Sequence record: NZ_CP119397.1
Length of the DNA stretch: 64,000 nucleotides
Origin: a plasmid
Reading direction: 5' to 3' (one strand)
In this document: positions 47,770 to 58,311 of the stretch, one piece after another
Layout: every line of letters starts with the position of its first letter
Numbering within the stretch: the stretch's first letter is position 1
Notes under the pieces: generated by a model
The model's input: the letters and a program-made list of their open reading frames with translations, nothing else
Database searches by the model: none
What the model was told of the DNA's origin: nothing
Made by a program: the position numbers and the translations under genes

Positions 47770-48408
47770 ATGATGCCGTTCTCAAATGGTTTTTTGCTGA
47801 GCCTGTCGCTGTGCCTGGATATTGGGATTGCCAATATTGCCATGATCACGCTTGCCATGCAGCGGGGGTATTTCTATGGGTTCTGGCTGGGGATCGGCAC
47901 GTGCGTCGGTGATTTGGCCTATGCATTACTGGCGTTGGCGGGGATGGCCGTACTGTTGCAGTATGAGGCTGTGCGGTGGATGCTGTGGGTAGGCGGGGGC
48001 GCGCTGCTGGTGTGGTTCGCGGTCAAAATGATCGTTGCGGCGTTCCAAAAAGCCGCTGAGCTGACGATAAACGAACCGCATCATTCCCGCTCATTGTTCC
48101 GTGAGTTCGGGCGCGGGATATTTCTCGCCATGTCATCGCCCAGCGCCATCCTGTGGTTTGCCACGGCAGGCGGGGCCCTCATCTCGCGGATGGGGCAGCA
48201 TAGCATCACGGCGTCGTCCTGGTTTCTGAGCGGCTTTTTCTTTGCCGGCGTGTGCTGGACTTGCGTGATATGCCTGGCAGGCAGCGTTGGCGGTAAGTTT
48301 CTGGGGCCACGCTTACTTCACTATTCGTATATCGCGTCAGCGGTGATCTTCAGCTACTTTGCCGTTTACGTGATTGTGTCCGGGTACCGGGAATTCATTA
48401 TCACCTGA
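47770..48408 (+). CDS. LysE family exporter (third copy)
   Basis: 212 aa, 6-TM LysE pattern. Confidence 0.7.
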   Translation: MMPFSNGFLLSLSLCLDIGIANIAMITLAMQRGYFYGFWLGIGTCVGDLAYALLALAGMAVLLQYEAVRWMLWVGGGALLVWFAVKMIVAAFQKAAELTINEPHHSRSLFREFGRGIFLAMSSPSAILWFATAGGALISRMGQHSITASSWFLSGFFFAGVCWTCVICLAGSVGGKFLGPRLLHYSYIASAVIFSYFAVYVIVSGYREFIIT

Positions 48409-49207
48409 TCTGCGATGCGTAGTGGTGGGGCGTCGTCCCCATCACTTTACGAAACGCGTTGATAAAGTGGCTCTGGTCATAAAATCCCAGTGACATCGCG
48501 GCATCCAGGGGATGAACCTGATTGCGCAACAGGATGCGCGCTTTATGCAGGCGCAGTTGCATATGGTATTGCAGCGGCGGCATTCCCGTATGCTGTGTGA
48601 ACCGGCGGACAAAATGATATTTACTCAGGCCCGCCACCTCGGCCAGCCTGTCAAGTTGGGGCTTAACGCTGAGGTTTTCGCGTAAATAGTCAATGACCCA
48701 TTGGATCCTGTTTTCTTCATCGCGGGTTAACACCGCCTGCGGCTCCAGGAGTTCACCGCAGAGCAACACCAGCTCCTGCTCCTGGCTGCCGCCCGCCTCC
48801 TCACGCGCCGAGTCAGCAAAACGGCAGAGTGCGCCAAACAGCCGCGGATCGTTAAGAATCCCTTCCCGCAACACCGGGGCTTCATGGCCGCTCTGCATAT
48901 TGTGTTCGGCTGCCAGGGTTTTCAACAGACTCTGGGGCAGATGCACGCTGACAAACTCCACGCGCTCGCTGCCAAAGTGTGAAGCCTGGATCGTGGCGGG
49001 GTTATATAAGGTGACCTGGCCACTTTTCACATACCCGGTGTGGCCCGAGAACCAGATTTCCTCCGTGCCGGTGAGGTTGGCGCTGATCACGTACTCATCA
49101 TGCAGATGCCGGGGAAAGCCGGAATCACAGGCAATTACCCTGGAACACTCGATTCCGTTTTGACTGAACCACTCTGCAGAATGCAGCATCACTCCCGCCC
49201 CAGGCAT
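48401..49207 (-). CDS. AraC family regulator (cupin + HTH)
   Basis: C-terminal AraC HTH (LAEVAGLSKYHFVRRFTQHTGMPPLQY). Confidence 0.75.
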   Translation of the reverse strand: MPGAGVMLHSAEWFSQNGIECSRVIACDSGFPRHLHDEYVISANLTGTEEIWFSGHTGYVKSGQVTLYNPATIQASHFGSERVEFVSVHLPQSLLKTLAAEHNMQSGHEAPVLREGILNDPRLFGALCRFADSAREEAGGSQEQELVLLCGELLEPQAVLTRDEENRIQWVIDYLRENLSVKPQLDRLAEVAGLSKYHFVRRFTQHTGMPPLQYHMQLRLHKARILLRNQVHPLDAAMSLGFYDQSHFINAFRKVMGTTPHHYASQIR

Positions 49208-49327
49208 TACGCAACAATCATGATCAATATATTCATCAAATCATTAACTGTCCGGGATTTCAACGGCCACGGTATGCCCGGTATATTTTTATCGGCAGCC
49301 GCCTGCCAAGGGCGGTGAAATGCGCTT

Positions 49328-49804
49328 TTATTCGGCAAAGTTCAGCAGCGCTTCCCCATCAAGGCGATAGCGTACCCATTCAGATTGCGGCTGCGCGCCG
49401 ATGCTCAGGTAAAAATCAATGGCGGGCTGGTTCCAGTCCAGCACGCTCCATTCAAGGCGGCCGCACCGCCGTTGCACGGCATATTGCGCGATGGTTTTCA
49501 GCATCGCCTTTCCTGCGCCTTTGCCGCGAAAATCCGGGGAAATGTAGAGATCTTCCATATAGATGCCGTTACGCCCAAGCCAGGTGGAGTAACTGGTGAA
49601 GAAAACCGCATATCCGGCGGTTTTACCTTCAATTTCACAGATCAACGCTTCGGTTTTACTGCCGGCGCCAAACAGGGTTTCGCGGATCTCATCGGGGGTG
49701 GTGACGACTTCTTCCGGCGCTTTTTCATACACGGCCAGTTCATAGATCATCGTGTAAATGGCGGTGGCGTCTTCCGGGCGGGCCTGGCGAATGGTGATGC
49801 TCAT
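49328..49804 (-). CDS. GNAT family N-acetyltransferase (diamine/SSAT-like)
   Basis: 158 aa with motif A RGKGAGKAML and overall SpeG/SSAT-like layout. Confidence 0.8.
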   Translation of the reverse strand: MSITIRQARPEDATAIYTMIYELAVYEKAPEEVVTTPDEIRETLFGAGSKTEALICEIEGKTAGYAVFFTSYSTWLGRNGIYMEDLYISPDFRGKGAGKAMLKTIAQYAVQRRCGRLEWSVLDWNQPAIDFYLSIGAQPQSEWVRYRLDGEALLNFAE

Positions 49805-50031
49805 GAATTTTCCTGTGATTTCTGGATGGGTCAGGCATTGGGGGCGTCAAGCATAAGCATTATTGCCGGAAGAGTTAAGTGCAACGAAGTCATTGAATGA
49901 TGAATATTATTCAGCCCGCGCCTGCTCTTTACCTGGCGCGGGCTGGGTAACGATGGCCTGCTCACTATCAGAAACGGGCATCACGCGTTATCTTTCATTC
50001 ACACCCTCATCGGGTAACTGAACGCCATTTA

Positions 50032-50763
50032 TCACACTTGTGTCAGCCCACCATCCACACAGATCTCTGCGCCGGCGATATAGCTGCTTTCATCACTCGC
50101 CAGAAACAGCGCCGCATTCGCCACTTCTTCCGCTTTGCCCATTCTGGCTAAGGGGATGGCGCTGATTATTCCACTGCGTACCTCCTCCGGCGCGGCCAGC
50201 ATCATGCCGGTATCGATAGGGCCGGGGGCGACCACGTTTACACGAATGCCCCTGGCGGAGAGTTCGCGTGTCCAGGTGCGGGCAAAAGAACGCAGTGCCG
50301 CTTTGCTGGCACCATACACGCCATATCCCGGCGTGCCGATGACATCGGCAACCGACCCTATCAACACGACGCTGGCACCCGCTTTCATCAGTGGGAGCGC
50401 CGCCTGGAGGGCAAAAAGCGGGGATCGGACATTCAGGCCGAAAGTCTGATCAAAATGCGCGGGGGTGATGTCATCAAGGGTGGCGTACTCTGACATGCCG
50501 GCGTTAATCACCAAAATATCAATCTGGCCGGACTCCGATGTAATCGTCCCGACGATGCGGGTCAGCTCGCTTAGCTGGCTGACATCAGCGCGCAGCGGCC
50601 TGGCATCGCCAGTGAGGGTGTGGCCGGCGGCATCTAACTCCTCATCCCGGCGCGAGGTAAACCAGGTGGTGGCCCCTTCACCGGCAAACCGTTGGGTAAT
50701 GGCAAGGCCAATGCTTTTGGCACCGCCCAGTATCAGGGCAACTTTGTTGTCTAATCGGCTCAT
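50032..50763 (-). CDS. SDR family oxidoreductase
   Basis: GGAKSIGLA glycine motif and YGASKAAL. Start at ATG 50763 (AGGAGT RBS). Confidence 0.8.
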   Translation of the reverse strand: MSRLDNKVALILGGAKSIGLAITQRFAGEGATTWFTSRRDEELDAAGHTLTGDARPLRADVSQLSELTRIVGTITSESGQIDILVINAGMSEYATLDDITPAHFDQTFGLNVRSPLFALQAALPLMKAGASVVLIGSVADVIGTPGYGVYGASKAALRSFARTWTRELSARGIRVNVVAPGPIDTGMMLAAPEEVRSGIISAIPLARMGKAEEVANAALFLASDESSYIAGAEICVDGGLTQV

Positions 50764-50862
50764 CTGCTGACTCCTGTTCGGATGGAAAACAGATGATATA
50801 TTTTTTATACTTAATAACAATTACGCACTTTGTTTATACCAGGTATCGCGGAGTATATCGCC

Positions 50863-51243
50863 ATGACACAGATTGAGAGCACCAGCCTGAGGGATGTGGG
50901 AAAAACCCGCCCAGTCCTTGAGAACATCACCAACAAGTGGTCGATTTTAATCCTCACCGTGCTGTGTACCGAACCCGCCCGCTTCAATGAACTTCGCCGC
51001 CGGCTGGATGGGATTACGCACAAAGCCTTGTCTGACGCGCTTAAGCGGCTTGAACGCAATGGGCTGGTGCACCGGAAAGTGCTGCCTACATCGCCGGTGA
51101 GTGTGGAGTACAGCCTGACCCCATTGGCAAAGACGCTTCAGGAACCTTTTATTGCGCTGTATGAATGGGCGCTAAAATATGGCCCGGAAATGGAACAGGC
51201 GCAGGCGCGGTATGACACCACGCATCCGGACACGCCTTGTTGA
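50863..51243 (+). CDS. HxlR family transcriptional regulator
   Basis: wHTH WSILILTVLCTEPARFNELRRRLDGITHKALSDALKRLERNGLV. Divergent from the SDR gene. Confidence 0.75.
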   Translation: MTQIESTSLRDVGKTRPVLENITNKWSILILTVLCTEPARFNELRRRLDGITHKALSDALKRLERNGLVHRKVLPTSPVSVEYSLTPLAKTLQEPFIALYEWALKYGPEMEQAQARYDTTHPDTPC

Positions 51244-51878
51244 AAATCGTTATGCTGGATATTCGGGCAGGTAATACACCCTATGGGGGTGTTATCCGGG
51301 GGCATCAGATTTTCATTCGCTTAAGATAATCAATCAACAGCCGTTGGCGTAATGAATAACGGTGAGCGTAAGGCCATACCACATAGAGTGGCGTCCCCGC
51401 ATCAGTGAGGTGCTCGTTGAGCACTTCACAAAGCTGCCAACAGGTGCCTCAGATCGCAGGGTCTTAAAAAGAGCGTCACTTTCCTGGGCACTTTGGCCGC
51501 TATGGCGTGGGTTCATAGCTATCCGGCCAGAGTAAAGAACACATCAGGTCTCTGTCCATGTGCCTGACGCTTCTTCTTATGGCCGGCCTCCTCGCCAATG
51601 CTGATCAGCAGTTCCCACACAACGATTCTTTACAACCCGGTGACTGGGGTTTCTCCCGCGCCTGCCGATAGTAATACCCAGGCGTCATCATCTGTGCCCC
51701 TTCCCCTGCCCCTGGCTGTGAGCAGGATGAATGGGCACAGGTGAGTATTCGCATGGCACATTGCCGGGGAGACATTTTCACCGCTTTCTTCATTTTCAGA
51801 GCAACAGGACACCAGACTGTGAACGCCAAATCCGGCACGACCTCCTTGTCACTCACGCATACCCCGCTGGGCAAAAGC

Positions 51879-53369
51879 ATGATGGCGTTTCTGCTGCTGA
51901 CGGCACTCGCTGTCATCGTGATTAATGGGTGGTCCCTGTGGAGCGCCTGGCAGCACAGGCTGAAAGAGAAAGAAGATGATGCCCGGAACCTCTCGGTGTC
52001 GCTGGCCCGTCAGGCCGAGGATACCTTTCTCCAGGTGGATATCTCGCTTGGCGAGGTGGTCAGGCACCTCCGGCAGAACGGCCCGGACTATGCCGCCACG
52101 CCCGCTTTTACCCGCCAGTTGCAGGAGCAGCAGGGCAAACTGACGCAACTGCACTCCCTGTCGGTTTTTGATGCCCACGGAAACCGGGTGGCCTCCTCGG
52201 GGCGTTACGTACCGGCCACATCCAACAACGCCGACCGGGAGTATTTTATCTGGCACCGCACCCACGCGGATACCAACGTGCATATCAGCCATGTCACTTA
52301 CAGCCGCTCCACGTCGGATCTGTTTATTCCGGTATCCGTGCGCCTCAATGACAGCGCGGGCAACTTTGCCGGGATCGCGCTGGCGGCGGTGAAGGTGGAT
52401 TACTTCAAACATTTTTACAGCTATTACACCCTGGGCGAGCGGGATGAACTGGGGCTGATCCTGGCGGATACCTCCATCCTCTACATGCGCCCGTTCCCGG
52501 ATACCTATATTGACAGAAGGCTGACCGCCAGCCCGCTGTTCAAAACGCCGCCAAAAGCGCTGAACAGCGGCAACGAGACGTGGCGCTCCTCGCTGGATGG
52601 CGTAAACCGCATCTTCGGCCATGCCCGCTTCGGGCGATACCCGCTGATCGTGCTGGTGGGCTATGACCGGGACAGATTGCGATCGGAATGGCTGGCCGCC
52701 AACCTGACCTCCGTCACGCTGAATGTGGTGCTGTTGGCGGTGCTGATGGGAATGGGGCTGGTTGTGCTGAGGCAGGTCAGAACCAGCATCAGGAATCAGC
52801 TCGAGCTGACCCAGACCAAAGACGAACTCACCACCCTCAACCGCACTTTACAGTCGCTGGCACTGGTGGACAGCCTGACCGGCCTGGCAAACCGCCGGCA
52901 TTTTGACGCGCTGCTTGCGCAGGGCCTGGCGCGGTCGCAGAAATCCGGTGAGCCGATCTCGCTTATCATGATGGATATCGACTTTTTCAAACACTATAAC
53001 GACACCTACGGGCACGTCGCGGGGGACATGTGCCTGAAAAAGGTAGGTGGCCTGCTCAGCAACATTACATATCGCCATACTGACCTGGTGGCCCGTTACG
53101 GCGGGGAGGAGTTTGCGATTATTCTGCCTTTCGCGAATGCAGCCGACGCGAAACAGTTAGCTGACTGGGCGGTGAGGGCGGTCAATGGGGCGGGCATGGT
53201 ACACGGGGCCACGCTGCTGCCCCATAAAGTGGTCACGATCAGCGCCGGGTGCTGCACGATTATTGCGGATGGGCATGAGGGCGAGGCCACCGAGTTCCGG
53301 GAACGGGCAGACGCGATGCTTTATGAGGCCAAACGCCTTGGCCGCAACCGGGCGCACGCGGAGGGGTAA
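51879..53369 (+). CDS. Membrane sensor diguanylate cyclase (periplasmic Cache-like domain + GGDEF, intact GGEEF)
   Basis: TM-periplasmic domain-TM, then RYGGEEFAIIL with the conserved RxxD-region. Start position uncertain (51879 or earlier in frame). Confidence 0.7.
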   Translation: MMAFLLLTALAVIVINGWSLWSAWQHRLKEKEDDARNLSVSLARQAEDTFLQVDISLGEVVRHLRQNGPDYAATPAFTRQLQEQQGKLTQLHSLSVFDAHGNRVASSGRYVPATSNNADREYFIWHRTHADTNVHISHVTYSRSTSDLFIPVSVRLNDSAGNFAGIALAAVKVDYFKHFYSYYTLGERDELGLILADTSILYMRPFPDTYIDRRLTASPLFKTPPKALNSGNETWRSSLDGVNRIFGHARFGRYPLIVLVGYDRDRLRSEWLAANLTSVTLNVVLLAVLMGMGLVVLRQVRTSIRNQLELTQTKDELTTLNRTLQSLALVDSLTGLANRRHFDALLAQGLARSQKSGEPISLIMMDIDFFKHYNDTYGHVAGDMCLKKVGGLLSNITYRHTDLVARYGGEEFAIILPFANAADAKQLADWAVRAVNGAGMVHGATLLPHKVVTISAGCCTIIADGHEGEATEFRERADAMLYEAKRLGRNRAHAEG

Positions 53370-53471
53370 GCGCCCTTCGCCGGGGTTACCCTGCCGGCAT
53401 GGTCTCGACAAGCTGGTGCTATAGATAATGGCGAGCACGCACGATTGCCTCAGATACTGCGCTCAGCTAGC

Positions 53472-53485
53472 CTGTACATGTACAG
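53472..53485. promoter_or_regulatory. Perfect 14-bp palindrome CTGTACATGTACAG 15 bp upstream of the phd-like antitoxin gene; candidate TA autoregulatory operator
   Basis: Seen directly. Confidence 0.5.
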
Positions 53486-53499
53486 TGATGAGGTGACTT

Positions 53500-53793
53500 A
53501 TGAAAACGATAAGCTATACCAAAATGCGTGATGATCTGGCGAATGTGCTTGAAATGCTGAGAAGTGGTGAACCCGTGACGGTTACTCAACGCGGCGAGCC
53601 GGACATTGTGTTAAATGCAGAGGCCGAGCCTGCTATCAAAGCAGGAAGCTGGAGAACGGCTGGGGAAAACCAACCAAAACAGCTCATCACCTCGCTGACA
53701 AAAAAAATGTCAGAAGGGATGACGTTTGAACAAGCCAAAGCAAAAACGCAAATGAAACACGCACATATTATTAAAGCCCTGGAAGATAAATAA
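53500..53793 (+). CDS. Phd/YefM-family antitoxin (C-terminally atypical, 97 aa)
   Basis: N-terminal MKTISYTKMRDDLANVLEMLRSGEPVTVTQRGEPDIVL matches the YefM/Phd fold. The stop overlaps the ATG of the doc remnant (TAATG). Confidence 0.6.
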   Translation: MKTISYTKMRDDLANVLEMLRSGEPVTVTQRGEPDIVLNAEAEPAIKAGSWRTAGENQPKQLITSLTKKMSEGMTFEQAKAKTQMKHAHIIKALEDK

Positions 53794-54034
53794 TGGCTAT
53801 TCAGTTTTTGACAACAGAACAGGTAACGATGCCAATAAGCGCACTGCATTCCAGGCAGCTTCTATCTTCCTGATGATGAATGGCTATGAATTGAGTACCT
53901 CTTTCAGGCTGGTTAAACTCACGGTGTTAGCCGCTGAAGATGATGCAAATCTGCTTGAAACAGCCTTTTCTCTGAAATTGCTTTCAGATTATCGTGATGA
54001 TCTTATGGATGAATATCCCGAAGAATATATCTGA
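53793..54034 (+). pseudogene. Degraded doc (death-on-curing, Fic-fold) toxin gene: frameshifted and internally deleted
   Basis: Frame 1 gives MAIQFLTTEQV (Doc-like N-terminus) and stops after 26 codons. Frame 3 continues with NDANKRTAFQAASIFLMMNGYEL, the Doc HxFxDANKRTA motif region lacking the His. The total span is too short for an intact ~126 aa Doc. Confidence 0.55.
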
Positions 54035-54280
54035 AGAACGGGGTTTTCTCGCAGCCTGAAGGCAGCCCCTTTTATGAGTTGGGGTTAATCGTAAGTTATT
54101 ACAATCGGCTGTTTCTGCTAATGAATAAAGCCTCTGACAGGTATCATTGCATGTACCGTCAATTTCCCCCGTGTTTCCACCCTGCATCCCACCCCCGCTG
54201 AAACCTCATTCACAATTATCCGGCGCGTAATCACACTTTCCTGATAAGGGTATTGTCTGGTGTTTTTTCTGCTGTAGATT

Positions 54281-54296
54281 GCTAACTCGAGTTAGC
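54281..54296. promoter_or_regulatory. Perfect 16-bp palindrome GCTAACTCGAGTTAGC upstream of the GH172 gene; candidate LacI-family operator
   Basis: Seen directly. A near-identical site lies at 60091-60110. Confidence 0.55.
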
Positions 54297-54454
54297 TTGG
54301 CGGAAGAGAGGGAGGATAGGCCGCGTGGGGCGCGGGCAATGGGTCTCCTCTTCGCAGTGGCCGGGCAGACACGGCACAGTGTGCGGCCTGCCGGTGCGGG
54401 ATGGCCGCATGTTCAGCCTGGGACAAGCAGGCTTTTGCGATGAGGAGCTAGACC

Positions 54455-55681
54455 ATGCATCACATGACATCAGGGCTACTGGGGCATTTGACCAAAACCA
54501 GCCAGGCCACCAGCGGGCGCTTTTCCAGCCACGACACCAGCGGGAAAAATCAGGATTACTGGATGATCGGCGCAGGGGACACTGTGCGGCTGGCGGACAT
54601 CCAGGGGCCGGGCTGTATTACCCATCTGTGGATGACGCAGTTCTGCCGCCGCGTGCTCGGGCCGGGGCTGATTGACCCGGCCGCCGGGCAATATGTCGCG
54701 CCCATCAATGAGATCAATAATGCGCTCGGCGTCAGCTGGGAAATCCACGACCCGGACTACTACCGCAAGGTGCTGCTGAAAATCTACTGGGATGACCAGA
54801 CCACGCCCTCGGTGCTGGTGCCGCTGGGGGATTTCTTCTGCGTCGGCCACGGCATCCCGGCCACCTTCACCAGCCTGCCGTTTACCGTCTCTGTCCGGCC
54901 GGAAGAGCAGTACCGCCCCGGCGGCACGGCGGCGCTTAACTGCTACCTGCCGATGCCGTTTAACAGCCGGGCGATCATCGAAGTCGAAAACCAGAACGAC
55001 GTGCCTTACGGGCAATATTTCCACATCGATTACGAGCAGTACCCGCAGGCGCTGGGCACCGATACCGCCTATTTCCACGCCAGCTGGCGGCGCGAAGCGC
55101 CCTGTGCCGGCTGGGCGCCGGAGTTGCAGGTCAACAGCCCCGAGGTGAATATCGCGAACCTGGACGGCGCCAATAACTATGTGATCCTCGACATCGAAGG
55201 CGAGGGGCATTACATCGGTTGCAACCTGTCGGTGGCCCATGCGCAGGGCACCTGGTGGGGCGAAGGGGATGACATGATCTTCGTGGACGATGACACCTGG
55301 CCGCCGACGCTGGTGGGCACCGGCAGCGAAGACTATTTCAACCATGCGTGGGGGATGCAGGAGAACGCCTCGCTGATGAACGGCTGCTCGCTGCATGACG
55401 CGCATGTGCCGGGGCACCAGACCTGCTACCGCTTCCACCTCACCGATCCGGTGCATTTCAAAAAACGTATCCGCGTCACCATGGAACACGGCCACGCCAA
55501 CCACCTGGCGGATGACTGGGCCACCACCGCCTACTGGTATCAGACCTTGCCCTCCCAACCGGTCACCATCCAGCCGGTAGAGGAACGGCTGCCGGGGCAA
55601 CGCACGGGGGAACCGCAGGTGGCGTTAACCCCGGAAATGCAGCAGCAAAAGCGCAGGCGCAGCAGCGTTTCGCGGCGATGA
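54455..55681 (+). CDS. DUF2961 / glycoside hydrolase family 172 protein (alpha-D-arabinofuranosidase / difructose-dianhydride-type)
   Basis: 408 aa. Conserved DUF2961 blocks (ITHLWMTQ, YWDDQTTPSVLVPLGDFF, GTGSEDYFNHAWG). Confidence 0.7.
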   Translation: MHHMTSGLLGHLTKTSQATSGRFSSHDTSGKNQDYWMIGAGDTVRLADIQGPGCITHLWMTQFCRRVLGPGLIDPAAGQYVAPINEINNALGVSWEIHDPDYYRKVLLKIYWDDQTTPSVLVPLGDFFCVGHGIPATFTSLPFTVSVRPEEQYRPGGTAALNCYLPMPFNSRAIIEVENQNDVPYGQYFHIDYEQYPQALGTDTAYFHASWRREAPCAGWAPELQVNSPEVNIANLDGANNYVILDIEGEGHYIGCNLSVAHAQGTWWGEGDDMIFVDDDTWPPTLVGTGSEDYFNHAWGMQENASLMNGCSLHDAHVPGHQTCYRFHLTDPVHFKKRIRVTMEHGHANHLADDWATTAYWYQTLPSQPVTIQPVEERLPGQRTGEPQVALTPEMQQQKRRRSSVSRR

Positions 55682-55826
55682 TGCGCCTGCGCCAGGAGGG
55701 TATTGACCAGAAACTGGCGGCCACGCGGCAAAAATCCGCGCTGAACCGCCGGACAAAATAACCCTTCCCCCTGTCAGGGCAGGGCCAGCCTGCCCTGAAC
55801 CCGTTGACGTGAACCGAGGTACAGTG

Positions 55827-57191
55827 ATGGATAACCGATTATCTGTGCTGGAAAAAAGTGCCTATGGCTCGGGTGACATGGCGCTCACCATCTCCATAAT
55901 TTCAGCCTCTATTTTGATTTACGCTTTCCTGATCCAGGTGGTCGGGTTAACGCCCGTGGACGCCGGCTGGATCCTGATGGCGGTGCGCACCATTGATGCC
56001 ATCTCCGACCCGATGATGGGCTGGCTGACCGGCAAAGTGCGCACGCGCCTCGGCCGTTACCGCCATTGGTTGCTGATTGGCGCGCTGCCGTTCGGCATCT
56101 CCCTTTACCTGCTGTTTACCACGTTCGGCCAGAGCTACGGCGAGAAAATGGCCTGGTCAACCGGGGTTTATATCTTTAACAGCCTGGCATTTACCGTGCT
56201 GGCCATTCCTTATATCTCGCTGATCGGCGTGATGACGCGTGACCCGCAGGAGCGGCTGCTGGCGAACGCGTACCGGTTCCCGATGGCGAAAGTCGCCACG
56301 CTGATTGTCTCCACCTTTGTGCCGTATTGGGTCACCAGCGGCGGGGATGCGCGCAGCAGTTATGCGAATGCGTTTCTGGTGATTGGGCTGGTCAGCGTCG
56401 CGCTGGTGATGTTCTGCGCCTTTAACGTCAAAGAGCGCGTCAAACCGGAAGCGCCGCCCGAACCGCTGGCGCGGCAGATTTCCGGGCTGGTGAAAAACGA
56501 TCAATGGCTGGCGCTGAGCCTGGCGATGGTACTGCTGTTTATCGGCTTGCTGGTGAACGGCAGCATCGCCATCATCTACGGCAAGGAGTTCGCCGGGGCC
56601 ACCGATGGCTGGGGCATCGCATTTTTCATGGGCATGGGATCGGTGGGCGGCATCGTCGGCCCGTTTGTCTCGCTTTGGCTCACGAAACGCTACTGCAAAG
56701 TCGCGGTGTTCCGCTGGTCGATGTATGGCTCGGCGCTGGTGTCGGCGCTGGCCTGGCTGCTGGTGGGGCAGAACGATTTCTACCTGGCGACCGCCTTTTA
56801 CCTGCTCTGTTCGATTGTCTCGCAGATCAACACCCCGATCCTCTGGTCATCAATTACTGAAGCCTCGGATTACGGCCGGATTAAAACCGGCATCGACGCG
56901 GGCGGGCTGTCGATTGGGATGATCTCGTTTTGCCAGAAATTCGGGATGGGATTATCCGGCCCGATCACCGGATACCTGATGACCTGGGTCGGTTACCGCG
57001 CCGGTACTGCGCTACAGCCGGAGGCCATCAGCGGGATAGAGGGGATCATGACGCTGGTGCCCGCCTTCTTCTATATTGTGGTCGGGCTGGTGATGCGCAA
57101 ATACATCATCAACAACAGCTACTACAACGCCATGATGGCGGAAAACAGCCTGCCCGCCGCCGCAATCAAAGAGCACCAATGGGCGGGCTGA
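55827..57191 (+). CDS. MFS glycoside-pentoside-hexuronide (GPH):cation symporter family transporter
   Basis: ~455 aa, 12 TM, with the GPH-type N-terminal D-rich loop (DAISDPMMGWLTGKVRTRLGRYRHW). Start at ATG 55827 (GAGGT RBS). Confidence 0.8.
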   Translation: MDNRLSVLEKSAYGSGDMALTISIISASILIYAFLIQVVGLTPVDAGWILMAVRTIDAISDPMMGWLTGKVRTRLGRYRHWLLIGALPFGISLYLLFTTFGQSYGEKMAWSTGVYIFNSLAFTVLAIPYISLIGVMTRDPQERLLANAYRFPMAKVATLIVSTFVPYWVTSGGDARSSYANAFLVIGLVSVALVMFCAFNVKERVKPEAPPEPLARQISGLVKNDQWLALSLAMVLLFIGLLVNGSIAIIYGKEFAGATDGWGIAFFMGMGSVGGIVGPFVSLWLTKRYCKVAVFRWSMYGSALVSALAWLLVGQNDFYLATAFYLLCSIVSQINTPILWSSITEASDYGRIKTGIDAGGLSIGMISFCQKFGMGLSGPITGYLMTWVGYRAGTALQPEAISGIEGIMTLVPAFFYIVVGLVMRKYIINNSYYNAMMAENSLPAAAIKEHQWAG

Positions 57192-57202
57192 CAGGACGGC
57201 GG

Positions 57203-58195
57203 TCAGCGGTGCCGGGTGATTAACGTCATGTCCACATTCAGCGCGCCCAGCGGGGGCGCGCCGTCTATCCGCTGCTGCATCATCTCAAACGCCTGCTGCG
57301 CCCAGGCATCCTCGTTCTGCTGCATCGACCAGACATTATTCGCCAGGAAACTCAGCATCGGGTGCTCGTCAAAGGTGCCGAGGTTGATAGCGCCCGGCAG
57401 CGCCCCGGCGTGGGCGCGCACGGCCTCAATCGCCCCTTCCAGCACCGGCAGGGAGGAGGCGATAAAGGCGGCGGGCAGCCCGTGCGTGTTGATGACCTGC
57501 GCCATCATCGCGTTGCCGCTTTCGGCGCTGTTGCCGCGGCCGGTCGCCACCCAGGCTGCCGGGTCAAGGCCGTGCGCCGTCAGTACGCGCCGGTAGCCCG
57601 CCAGCCGTTGGCGGATGGAGGGCAGCTCCGGGTCACCGGCCAGGAACCACAACGGCGGCGCGCCCGCCTGCAACATCGCCTGCGTCAGCGTCTCGCCCCC
57701 ATCAATGTTGTTGCTCTCGACCAGCGAATGGTTCATCCCGAGGAAATCACGGTCGAGAAACACCAGCGGTTTTTTTACCCGCTTCAGGTGGTGCTGCTGG
57801 TTCTCACGGCTGGAGGGCACAATAAACAGCCCGTCGGTGTTGCGCGCAATCATCGCCTCCACCCGCTTATTCTCATACTCCGGGTCATCGTAGGTGCAGC
57901 TGATCATCAACTGGTAGCCGAATTTACGGCAGTACAGCTCCAGCTTTTCGGCCAGCGTGGCAAAAAAGACGTTGGAGAGGCAGGGCAGGATCAGCCCGAG
58001 GGTGTAGGTTTTATTGAGTTTCAGGCTGCGGGCAGAGTGGTTGAGGGTATAGCCGTGGTGGCCGACATACTCCATGACCCGCGTCTGGGTTTTCGCGCTG
58101 ATGCGGTACTGTGCTGCTTTGTTCCCCAATACCAGCCGGACGGTGGTCACCGACAGGTTCAGGTCATTCGCTATCTGTTCTACCGTTTTCGCCAT
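57203..58195 (-). CDS. LacI family transcriptional regulator
   Basis: N-terminal HTH MAKTVEQIANDLNLSVTTVRLVLGNK and a periplasmic-binding-fold effector domain. Confidence 0.85.
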   Translation of the reverse strand: MAKTVEQIANDLNLSVTTVRLVLGNKAAQYRISAKTQTRVMEYVGHHGYTLNHSARSLKLNKTYTLGLILPCLSNVFFATLAEKLELYCRKFGYQLMISCTYDDPEYENKRVEAMIARNTDGLFIVPSSRENQQHHLKRVKKPLVFLDRDFLGMNHSLVESNNIDGGETLTQAMLQAGAPPLWFLAGDPELPSIRQRLAGYRRVLTAHGLDPAAWVATGRGNSAESGNAMMAQVINTHGLPAAFIASSLPVLEGAIEAVRAHAGALPGAINLGTFDEHPMLSFLANNVWSMQQNEDAWAQQAFEMMQQRIDGAPPLGALNVDMTLITRHR

Positions 58196-58311
58196 GCCAT
58201 ACCGCTCCCTTCACGCCGTGACTGGCCGGTAGTATAAAGGCAAAGCGCGTGCAGCGCCCCCCTAAACAGGCGGGGGGCTGCGATAACCTGCGCCGGAACA
58301 GCAAGATAGCC

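Noticed and set aside
51849-52622. 257-aa minus-strand ORF
   Set aside because: It is antisense to the periplasmic domain of the GGDEF sensor gene.
54476-55600. 374-aa minus-strand ORF
   Set aside because: It is antisense to the GH172 gene, which has strong family motifs.
57362-58237. 291-aa plus-strand ORF
   Set aside because: It is antisense to the LacI regulator gene.
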